A stretch of 24,000 nucleotides of DNA from Candidatus Caldarchaeum subterraneum (lineage in GTDB: Archaea; Thermoproteota; Nitrososphaeria_A; Caldarchaeales; Caldarchaeaceae), in assembly GCA_937934305.1 (NCBI GenBank), contig CALHAG010000009.1, forward strand, positions 71,057-95,056, written 5' to 3'. The notes below the pieces were generated by a model. The model was not told the DNA's origin and made no database searches. It was given only the letters and a program-made list of their open reading frames with translations. This document shows, piece after piece, positions 8,692 through 15,863 of the stretch (position 1 is its first letter; each line of letters starts with the position of its first letter). The translations under genes were made by a program, and so were the position numbers.

Positions 8692-9406
8692 AGACACGGC
8701 ATCTAAGCAGGAGATTCGGCAGAGAATTTGGCGTCTGCTTGAGGAGCGCGGAGTAGCGGTTTTTCCAACACCTGTGGCTGGGCGGATACCCAACTTCAAG
8801 GGAGCAGCCGAGGCAGCCAACCTATTACGCAAAAGCAAACACTACATCGACGCCGATGTTGTCAAAGTTAACCCCGATGCTCCACAAGCACCCGTGCGCC
8901 GGAATGTCCTGCGCGACGGCAAAAAACTCATCATGCCCACTCCGAGAATCAAACACGGCTTCCTTTTGATTAACCCGAAAAAGCTTCACCAACGTGGATT
9001 GAGGGATGCTGCAACGATAGCGGGTGCGTATAGATATGGTGCGAAAGTTGAGCCAAGAGACCTGCCCAGCATCGATTTGGTGGTTGTAGGAAGCGTGGCT
9101 GTCTCGCCCATGGGCTGGAGAATAGGAAAAGGTGAGGGATATTCAGAGATTGAGTATGCTCTGCTTAGAACGTTTTCCAAAGTAGATGAAGATACTCCTG
9201 TTTACACAACTGTTCACGACCTTCAGGTGGTTGACAAGATACCTCATGAAGCCTATGACCTGCCTGTCGACAGGATATTCACCAACACCAGAGTGATAAA
9301 CTGTCCGAAAAACCCGAAACCTTCCGGAATAATCTGGAACCTGCTGCCACGTGAGAAAATCGAAGCAATTCCCTTGCTGCAGAAGCTTAGGGTAAATGAC
9401 GTCTGA
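8681..9406 (+). CDS. 5-formyltetrahydrofolate cyclo-ligase family protein, 241 aa
   Basis: Motifs KQEIRQRIWRLLEERGV, FKGAAEAANLLR, DLVVVGSVAVSPMGWRIGKGEGYSEIEYALLR and TTVHDLQVV. Confidence 0.82.
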   Translation: MGDRDTASKQEIRQRIWRLLEERGVAVFPTPVAGRIPNFKGAAEAANLLRKSKHYIDADVVKVNPDAPQAPVRRNVLRDGKKLIMPTPRIKHGFLLINPKKLHQRGLRDAATIAGAYRYGAKVEPRDLPSIDLVVVGSVAVSPMGWRIGKGEGYSEIEYALLRTFSKVDEDTPVYTTVHDLQVVDKIPHEAYDLPVDRIFTNTRVINCPKNPKPSGIIWNLLPREKIEAIPLLQKLRVNDV

Positions 9407-10403
9407 GAATGGGCCGAAGCCTGGGCAAAGTCTGCAGCCCTATTGGGTCAACTTTCTTAAGGTGGGCGACGCCGAGGCTCAGCAAATCGGCCATCAGCAA
9501 AAACTTCAGAACCTCCGATACAGGCGATGAAGACTCTACACTGATTTCGATAAAAGCGGCCCCGTTTGAGCTGAGATACTCCTTCATCCAGTCAAGGCCA
9601 TCCGACACCATCAGATGTTCATAGCTGCTTCGCAGAAAAACGTAGCAGTAGTTGCCGAGGCTGGTCCACCCCTCGACCTCGTTGTGAAAAGCCTCAGGAG
9701 CCGTGGCCACATGGCACGGGTGCTTGGCGTTCTCATTGAGTTGGCACTTCAGCCTATAAGCAGCAGAATAGAGGTTGTCGGCCGAAACAATCACAGCATG
9801 CCTGCCCAGCAAAGGTCTCGCATGCTCAACCACCGGCTGCAAACCATTCTCGGAAACCTTTTTCGCATATGTCTCGAGTTCGTCGACAGCTTGTAGGAAT
9901 TTTTCACGGGAGAAGGCTTCGAACCCCGTCAGCAAGCCGTAGACAGCGCCAACCATCTCAGGAACAGCATAGCGGGGCTGAAGCCCCTCCGAAACTCTCA
10001 CAACCCGCAACCCCCTCGTCTCCATCAATGAGGTAAGCCGGCCGCCCGATGAAACACCAACAACAGATACACTCTTCGAAAAACCGTCGATAAAAGCCCA
10101 GCTCGTTTCAACCGTGTCACCCGAGTAGCTCACAGGGATTAACAAGGTGTCTGGACCCACGTAACCCGGCAGTCGAAAAGTCTTCAGAGTTTCCACAGGA
10201 GGCGGTGAATTTGGTTCTTTGATTGCCGAGATAATGTCTCCAACTATTCCTGAACCGCCGACACCTGCGATGAAAATCCTTCTCACATATGCCGGGTTCA
10301 GCGAGTTTGAATGTGTCTCGCCTTTTCTGAAACCTTCTCTATACATGGTAGGCGAGTTGAGAGCCATTCGCCAAGCCTTCTCAAAACTTTCTTCAGCAGA
10401 CAC
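9387..10403 (-). CDS. Bifunctional phosphoglucose/phosphomannose isomerase (SIS domains), 338 aa
   Basis: Motifs IFIAGVGGSGIVGDII, PVSYSGDTVETSWAF, VSSGGRL, ATAPEAFHNEVEGW and the C-terminal LSLGVAHLKKVDPIGLQTL. GTG start. Confidence 0.9.
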   Translation of the reverse strand: MSAEESFEKAWRMALNSPTMYREGFRKGETHSNSLNPAYVRRIFIAGVGGSGIVGDIISAIKEPNSPPPVETLKTFRLPGYVGPDTLLIPVSYSGDTVETSWAFIDGFSKSVSVVGVSSGGRLTSLMETRGLRVVRVSEGLQPRYAVPEMVGAVYGLLTGFEAFSREKFLQAVDELETYAKKVSENGLQPVVEHARPLLGRHAVIVSADNLYSAAYRLKCQLNENAKHPCHVATAPEAFHNEVEGWTSLGNYCYVFLRSSYEHLMVSDGLDWMKEYLSSNGAAFIEISVESSSPVSEVLKFLLMADLLSLGVAHLKKVDPIGLQTLPRLRPILRRHLP

Positions 10404-10427
10404 GGCTCACTCCGACGGATAACAGTA

Positions 10428-11222
10428 TTAAGCCTTTATCTCTTGTATACGTTTGCTGAAATACTCCATGGCTTCGAGAAGCTTTTTCTCATCTTTTTTC
10501 TCAGCGATAAAGTCGACTATAACCTGTGAAACCGTCTCGGCCCCTTTCGGGTTACTCTTGAGATAAACACCCTTGAACCTTTTCATGGTCTCGACCAGAA
10601 GCGGGGCGAGACGCGACTCCACAACCCCCTCGACAAACAGCTGCTGAATGAGAAAACCTCTATCACCCGCTGTTTCACGGAGAAGCGGTCGCAGCTCATT
10701 CTCAAAAATATCCATCAACTCCTTCGGGACACCGGGAAGACAAACAATCTTCACACCTGATTTCTCCAGCAGCACACCCGGAGCTGTGCCGACACGGTTT
10801 CTAAGCGGCTTCGAGCCCTCAGGAAGCTTCGCCATCTTAAGCCTCTCTTTTGTCAGCGACGGGTCCTTGATGACTCCTGCCTCAGCCAGCTCCAGGTATC
10901 GACGACGGATGCTTTCGAAAGCCTCTTTGTCAAGTTTCAGCCTCTTTCCGAGGGCCCTTGCAACAGCTTGAAGCGTCTTGTCGTCATGGGTAGGCCCAAG
11001 GCCGCCGCTGATGAAGAGCCACATAGGCTTACGCCTAAGAGCCTCGCGCACCGCTTTGGCTATGTCATTCAAATCATCTCTGACTATGGTTGCTCTCCTG
11101 ACAACGTATCCAAGCTCAGAAAGTTTCCCACACAGCCAGTTTAGGTTTGTGTTAATTGTCCGGCCGTCGAGAAGCTCGTTGCCTACGTTGATTACTTCTG
11201 CCACGAGCTGTTTCCGAGGCAT
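10428..11222 (-). CDS. CinA-like / molybdopterin-binding-domain protein, N-terminal domain only, 264 aa
   Basis: Motifs AEVINVGNELLDGRTINTNLNWLCGKLSELGYVVRR, FISGGLGPTHDDKT and NRVGTAPGVLLEK..IVCLPGVPKELMDIF. Confidence 0.88.
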   Translation of the reverse strand: MPRKQLVAEVINVGNELLDGRTINTNLNWLCGKLSELGYVVRRATIVRDDLNDIAKAVREALRRKPMWLFISGGLGPTHDDKTLQAVARALGKRLKLDKEAFESIRRRYLELAEAGVIKDPSLTKERLKMAKLPEGSKPLRNRVGTAPGVLLEKSGVKIVCLPGVPKELMDIFENELRPLLRETAGDRGFLIQQLFVEGVVESRLAPLLVETMKRFKGVYLKSNPKGAETVSQVIVDFIAEKKDEKKLLEAMEYFSKRIQEIKA

Positions 11223-11227
11223 ATATG

Positions 11228-11875
11228 CTAAAAACTGTGCAGCTCTGCTTTAACTTCTCTGCCATCTATCTTGAGTGATGCGTAGAACCCCTCTTTTGCG
11301 GGCCCAGCGTTCACCACCACGGTCTCACCTATCCTCGATATGGAGCGTCCCTCATGTATGTGGCCGCAGCAAACTGCCAAAGGTCTCTTGGCCTCGACAA
11401 ATTTTCTGATAGCCGTGCTGCCGAGATGACGGCCACGACCCAGGTCTGCGTCTACCCCAAAAGGCGGTGTATGTGAGACGAGGATAAAATTTTCAGCCGC
11501 GGGGGTGAATTTGGAGAGCATATCCTCAAACTCTTCCTCGCTGAACTCTATCAAAGTGTTGAAGGGTGAGAGGTTTCCTCCCCCAAGCCCGTAGAAATCG
11601 TAGGCGCCTTGACTCACGTTTGAGCCATGAATGTTAATGATGTTCTTGTTGGATGGACGCCAGGTTAGGAGAGAGGGATGGTCACAATTGCCTGGAACAA
11701 AGAAAATCGGCCGCCCACATTTCGCAACCGTTGCGAGAATCGGCTCAGCCTGCGGAATAGCTCCAAAATGTGTGATGTCGCCGACCAGCACCACGATGTC
11801 GTAATCCACGGCCTTTTCCGCAAGAGCCGATGCCGCCGCCATGCTTCCATGAATGTCGGAGGCCTGTAAAACCTT
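11228..11875 (-). CDS. Metallophosphoesterase (calcineurin-like), ~216 aa
   Basis: Motifs QASDIHG, DIVVLVGDITHFG, FFVPGNCDHP, LVSHTPP and CCGHIHEGRSI. The ORF track starts at 11881, but M at 11875 aligns better. Confidence 0.88.
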   Translation of the reverse strand, partial: KVLQASDIHGSMAAASALAEKAVDYDIVVLVGDITHFGAIPQAEPILATVAKCGRPIFFVPGNCDHPSLLTWRPSNKNIINIHGSNVSQGAYDFYGLGGGNLSPFNTLIEFSEEEFEDMLSKFTPAAENFILVSHTPPFGVDADLGRGRHLGSTAIRKFVEAKRPLAVCCGHIHEGRSISRIGETVVVNAGPAKEGFYASLKIDGREVKAELHSF

Positions 11876-11960
11876 CATCAAAGATTATCCTTTTCCCGGG
11901 TTATTTGAGCCTTTACAAGTCCAGACAACGCTTTTATCACACCCAGCTACACTACAACCG

Positions 11961-12539
11961 TTGTGGCAAACGGCGAAGGTTAGGGATGTTGTGAAAAGCC
12001 CGATAATAAGCATCGAGGAGGATTCATCAGTGGTGGAGGCGGCGAAGGTTATGGCTGAGAAAAAAATCAGCGGCATAGTCATAACCAATAAGGGGAAACC
12101 CGTGGGTCTGGTGACCGAGCGGGACGTCGTCTCAAAAGTTGTTGCGGCTGGGAAAGACCCCAGCCAGACAACAGTCAAAGAAGTGATGTCAAAACCCTTG
12201 ATAACCATCGACATAGAAGCAACGCTGCTGGAGGCAGTTGACCTCATGAACCGAAAAAAGGTAAGGAGACTGCTCGTAACACGCGACGACGAAATCATAG
12301 GCCTATTCACCATCAGAGACGTTCTCGCACTCTCCCGAATATGCGCATACTGCGGCAAACCAATCAAACCTCTTCTACCCTCACAGCCACAGTCAGAAGC
12401 AGACATCATAATCGAATGCAGCTGCGGCGCAGTCTACATGCAGGAATGCGCAAAAACAGTCGTATACTGCATCTACTGCTCAAGGAAACTTGTCACAGAG
12501 GTTTATTATCCACCTCCTGAAGACACCTTCAGCGGATGA
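11961..12539 (+). CDS. CBS-domain pair with C-terminal Cys-rich zinc-ribbon-like domain, ~192 aa (ORF extends to 11853; preferred TTG start 11961)
   Basis: CBS repeats VKSPIISIEEDSSVVEAAKVMAEKKISGIVITNKGKPVGLVTERDVV and MSKPLITIDIEATLLEAVDLMNRKKVRRLLVTRDDEIIGLFTIRDVL. These are followed by CAYC(x20)CSC..C..YCIYC. A TATA-like cttttatcac at 11931-11940 is ~27 nt upstream of 11961. Confidence 0.88.
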   Translation: MWQTAKVRDVVKSPIISIEEDSSVVEAAKVMAEKKISGIVITNKGKPVGLVTERDVVSKVVAAGKDPSQTTVKEVMSKPLITIDIEATLLEAVDLMNRKKVRRLLVTRDDEIIGLFTIRDVLALSRICAYCGKPIKPLLPSQPQSEADIIIECSCGAVYMQECAKTVVYCIYCSRKLVTEVYYPPPEDTFSG

Positions 12540-13480
12540 AAAGAACATTTCTCTCCTACGTCGAGCTTGACCAAGAATCAGTCAGGCAAATAGAGAGATA
12601 CGCCGAAGTCGTTACGAAGAATTCATCAAACTTCGAGGAATCCAAGAAAACAGCGGAGGCGGTTCTATGCATAACGCTTAAGCCCGAGGAGATAGCCAAG
12701 CTAGAAAACCTCAAGTTCGTGCAGGTGCTTTCAGCAGGCGTTGATGGTGTAGCGTGGCAGCATCTCCCCGAGCATGTTTTGGTCGCCGGAAACATGGGCT
12801 CAAACGCCGAGGCCGTATCCGAGCACACATGGGCCATGATACTGAGCATCGCCAAGAAAATTCCACATTATTTTGGTAGAGTGCGGAATGCTGTGTTTGA
12901 GAGAGACGTCGAAGTTTTGCAGCTCAACGGAAGAACAATGCTCGTAGTTGGAATGGGGTCGATAGGTGTGAAGGTGGCTGAAGTGGCGAGATGCTTCGGC
13001 ATGCGTGTGATAGGTGTTACAAAGTCAGGCAAGGCAAGAGGATACGCAGACGTAACTCTTCCCTGGACAAGGCTGGAAGAGGCCCTGCCAGAAGCCGACA
13101 TCATAGTTATCTCCACACCTTTGACCAAATACACAAGAGGAATGTTCAACCGAAACAACCTTCCTCTTCTTAAGAAAGGGTGTATAGTGGTGAACGTAGG
13201 TCGGGCTGAGGTGGTTAACCGAGAAGACCTCATAGCCTTTCTAAAAGAGAGGCAGGACATCGTCTTCGCAACAGACGTATGGTGGGAGGTCAAAAGAAAC
13301 GAACCATGGGAAACAGAGCTCATCAAGCTTCCAAACTTCGTGGGAACACCATGGATAGCAGGAGCATTCGGCTCACCAGAGGTCTACAAAAAAATGCTGA
13401 AAACAGCTATCCAAAACATCGTAAAATACTTCTCGGGACAAACTCCCGACAACCTCATAAACAGAGAAGACTATGTATAA
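12536..13480 (+). CDS. D-2-hydroxyacid dehydrogenase (NAD-binding), 314 aa
   Basis: Motifs VLSAGVDGVAW, NMGSNAEAVSEHTWAMIL, MLVVGMGSIGVKVAEVARCFGMRVIGV, GCIVVNVGRAEVVNREDL and FATDVWWEVKRNEPWETELIKLPNFVGTPWIAG. Confidence 0.92.
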   Translation: MKRTFLSYVELDQESVRQIERYAEVVTKNSSNFEESKKTAEAVLCITLKPEEIAKLENLKFVQVLSAGVDGVAWQHLPEHVLVAGNMGSNAEAVSEHTWAMILSIAKKIPHYFGRVRNAVFERDVEVLQLNGRTMLVVGMGSIGVKVAEVARCFGMRVIGVTKSGKARGYADVTLPWTRLEEALPEADIIVISTPLTKYTRGMFNRNNLPLLKKGCIVVNVGRAEVVNREDLIAFLKERQDIVFATDVWWEVKRNEPWETELIKLPNFVGTPWIAGAFGSPEVYKKMLKTAIQNIVKYFSGQTPDNLINREDYV

Positions 13481-13483
13481 AAA
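13476..13483 (+). promoter_or_regulatory. TATA-like box for tRNA-Ser, overlapping the stop codon of the upstream CDS
   Basis: The sequence ...gac tat gta taa aaacgg places tataaaaa ~27 nt upstream of the tRNA 5' region at 13508. Confidence 0.6.
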
Positions 13484-13507
13484 CGGCAAACAGCAACACA
13501 GGAAGAA

Positions 13508-13614
13508 GCCGGGGTCCCACAGCCAGGCAGTGGGCCGGCCTCGAGATCATACAAGCTGGTCAAGAAAGCCGGTGGCCTTTCCGGGCCGCGTGGGTTCAAA
13601 TCCCACCCCCGGCG
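13508..13614 (+). tRNA. tRNA-Ser (anticodon CGA predicted), with ~21 nt archaeal intron at 13546-13566
   Basis: Acceptor GCCGGGG (13508-13514) pairs with CCCCGGC (13607-13613), with discriminator G. D-arm is CCAC/GTGG around AGCCAGGCA. Anticodon stem is CCGGC (13535-13539)/GCCGG (13568-13572). Long variable arm is GGCC TTTCCG GGCC. T-arm is GTGGG TTCAAAT CCCAC. The anticodon loop is 28 nt (CTCGAG + 21 nt + A). No encoded CCA; followed by TTTTT. Confidence 0.88.
13546..13566 (+). other. Predicted tRNA intron (atcatacaagctggtcaagaa), inserted after position 37
   Basis: Excess nucleotides in the anticodon loop. The exact splice boundaries are inferred from the canonical 37/38 site. Confidence 0.65.
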
Positions 13615-13693
13615 TTTTTCAGGAATATCCATGATTTTTGAGCGACTGCGCGCCGTTTTTCACATATTTATATATTTGTTTACCTTTTTTTGA

Positions 13694-14080
13694 ATGATGC
13701 TAAAAGAGCTTGTGAGAAGAGCGCCTATAACCATAGATTCTTCGGCAACTCTTTATGATGTTGTCAAGATTATGGCGGAGCAGAACATAGGGTTTATCGT
13801 TGTTTTGGAGAATGGGCGGATGGTTGGAGTTTTGTCTGAGCGGGATGTTGTGCGGACGCTGGCTGAGAGGAGGGACTTTGATGTGAAGGTGGGTGAAATA
13901 TGTAAAAGAGATATTATCACCCTACCGGCTGACGCCTCTGTGGAGGATGCCGCTGAGGAAATGGGGCGGCATAGGATAAGACATATTGTTGTGGTCGACG
14001 ACGCTGGTAAGCTCGTGGGAGTGGTGTCGGCGAGAGACGTCCTTCAAGAGCTATATGCCCAAGAGAGCGGAACAGACTAG
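13694..14080 (+). CDS. Tandem CBS-domain protein, 127-128 aa
   Basis: Motifs RRAPITIDSSATLYDVVKIMAEQNIGFIVVLENGRMVGVLSERDVVR and CKRDIITLPADASVEDAAEEMGRHRIRHIVVVDDAGKLVGVVSARDVL. TATA-like tttatatat at 13667-13675. Confidence 0.92.
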   Translation: MMLKELVRRAPITIDSSATLYDVVKIMAEQNIGFIVVLENGRMVGVLSERDVVRTLAERRDFDVKVGEICKRDIITLPADASVEDAAEEMGRHRIRHIVVVDDAGKLVGVVSARDVLQELYAQESGTD

Positions 14081-14103
14081 TTTGCTCTGAATCCGCGCCT
14101 GTT

Positions 14104-15099
14104 TTGCCGACGAGTCCTGTTTATGGGCGAAGTGGTTTGGAATTGGTCGTTCTCGAGAACGTAACAGCCTCGTATAGTATGCGGCGAGGCCTGATGGGGT
14201 CGCGCTCAGTAAAGGTTGTCGACGGCGTCAGCCTCTCCATATCCGAGAATGAGGCTGTGGCCTTGGTTGGTGAGTCGGGCAGTGGGAAAACAACCGTCGG
14301 GAAACTGAGCATAAGACTTCTCAAACCACTATCCGGCCGAATATTCTACGACGGGTTCGATGTAACCCATTTGCCTGAGAGTAGGCTGGGAAAACTGAGG
14401 CGGGAGACGCGGATGATTTTCCAAGACCCCTACGCAAGCCTCAACCCTTACATGAGTGTGGGAGAGTTTGTGGAGGAACCGCTTCTCGTCCACGGTGTCG
14501 AGGATAAAGCAGAGAGAACTGAAATTGTTTACAAGGCTCTCGAGGATGTGCGGCTCATGCCTCCGCAGGATTTTGCCCAAAAGTATCCTCATATGCTTTC
14601 TGGAGGCCAGCGTCAACGTGTCGCGATAGCCCGAGCAATCGTGTTAAAGCCGAGGTACCTGGTAGCGGATGAGCCTGTCTCGATGATTGATGCATCTAGC
14701 AGGGCTGAGGTGCTTGAAGTGCTTAATACTCTTCGTAAAGGTTACCGCATGGCCATTCTATACATCTCTCATGACCTTGCGACAACGCGCTACTTCGCTG
14801 ACAGGGTTGCGGTTATGTATCTGGGAAGGATTGTGGAGATGGGTGGGATTGAGGAAATTTTGTCTGAGCCTTTGCATCCATACACACAGGGGTTAATAGC
14901 ATCTATCCCCGAGCCGGACCCCCGCAACAGGTTTGTTGAGAGAGAGACTATACAAGGCGAGCTCCCCTCTCCCCAAAACATCCCCAGAGGCTGCAGGTTT
15001 CATCCACGATGTCCTAAGGCCTTTGACCGCTGCCGAGTTGAAGACCCGCCTCTACGTGAAGTGAGAAGGGGTCGTTGGGTGGCCTGTCATCTATACTGA
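14104..15099 (+). CDS. Peptide/nickel-type (Dpp/Opp) ABC transporter ATP-binding protein, DppF/OppF-like, 331 aa (TTG start, uncertain)
   Basis: Walker A GESGSGKTT, Q-loop MIFQDPYASLNPYM, signature LSGGQRQRVAIARA, Walker B LVADEPVSMID and the C-terminal oligopeptide motif PRGCRFHPRCPKAFDRC. Confidence 0.93.
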   Translation: MPTSPVYGRSGLELVVLENVTASYSMRRGLMGSRSVKVVDGVSLSISENEAVALVGESGSGKTTVGKLSIRLLKPLSGRIFYDGFDVTHLPESRLGKLRRETRMIFQDPYASLNPYMSVGEFVEEPLLVHGVEDKAERTEIVYKALEDVRLMPPQDFAQKYPHMLSGGQRQRVAIARAIVLKPRYLVADEPVSMIDASSRAEVLEVLNTLRKGYRMAILYISHDLATTRYFADRVAVMYLGRIVEMGGIEEILSEPLHPYTQGLIASIPEPDPRNRFVERETIQGELPSPQNIPRGCRFHPRCPKAFDRCRVEDPPLREVRRGRWVACHLY

Positions 15100-15771
15100 C
15101 GTGCTTGACGCGGGTTTATCTTCTTCTGTGTGTTGTTTGTAACGGCTTTTCAACGCCTCGGTTGCTGCGTGTCCTGTGTAGAGTAGGGCCGCCGCCAAAA
15201 TAGCTAGACCCGCCGCCGTCCATGGAGCCTTCTCCACCTCAACCCTCTCCGTGTCAAAAACTGTGACAAGCTTTTCCGAGACCACGGTGTTAGTGTTGAA
15301 GACATGCGTTGTCACTGTTTCGGTAACCCGCTCGGTCACAACAGCCGTAACCGTCTGTGTAACCGTTTTGGGCCTGATAACCGAGACCGTGAGTGAATAG
15401 ACGCCTGAAGAGTCTCCGAAGCCGAGCACAACAATGTAGTGAGGCCCTTTTTCCACGGCCGTGTATTCAACAGCGTCGGTCAAACCAGTGGCGCGTACAC
15501 TTTGTCCAACAATTTCCCTAATTGGGTTGAGAAGGTAGAGGTCAAAATCCTGGTTGGAGGCCATCCGCACCTTTGCGACCAGTATGTCTCCCGGCTCAAG
15601 CGGTATCTTGAAAAAATGTATCTCGCCTGGGGCGAGGGCGAACGTGTATGAGCCAGGTGTAAGCTCTAGAGCCGAGCTAAACCCTGTTCCCGGAACCAAC
15701 TCCTGCCCAGAAGCAGAAGAGGTAAACATCAGAGCCAGAAGCCAAGCTGCTAGAACTATTCTCGGAACCAC
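15091..15771 (-). CDS. Secreted, membrane-anchored protein with PPC-like (pre-peptidase C-terminal) domain, T/V-rich stalk and C-terminal TM, 226 aa
   Basis: N-terminal signal sequence VLAAWLLALMFTSSASG. PPC-like segment HFFKIPLEPGDILVAKVRMASNQDFDLYLLNP.....YTAVEKGPHYIVVLGFGDSSGVYSLTVSV. Stalk TVTQTVTAVVTERVTETVTTH. TM AAGLAILAAALLYTG. Confidence 0.75.
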   Translation of the reverse strand: MVPRIVLAAWLLALMFTSSASGQELVPGTGFSSALELTPGSYTFALAPGEIHFFKIPLEPGDILVAKVRMASNQDFDLYLLNPIREIVGQSVRATGLTDAVEYTAVEKGPHYIVVLGFGDSSGVYSLTVSVIRPKTVTQTVTAVVTERVTETVTTHVFNTNTVVSEKLVTVFDTERVEVEKAPWTAAGLAILAAALLYTGHAATEALKSRYKQHTEEDKPASSTSV

Positions 15772-15863
15772 GTCTTCAACCCGACGCGACCACGTTTAAA
15801 CATTGCTCTACCTAGTCGAGTGTTGGGAAAAACGTTTAATCCAATAGTTTAACATGTTTATCC

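Noticed and set aside
10428-11222. CinA-like gene lacking the C-terminal amidase domain considered as a truncated pseudogene
   Set aside because: Standalone N-terminal molybdopterin-binding-domain versions are common in archaea, and the ORF is intact with close operon spacing.
11885-12409. 174-aa minus-strand ORF
   Set aside because: It is the reverse-complement shadow of the CBS/zinc-ribbon gene, with a Ser/Thr/Met-rich translation.
12868-13326. 152-aa minus-strand ORF
   Set aside because: It is the antisense shadow of the D-2-hydroxyacid dehydrogenase.
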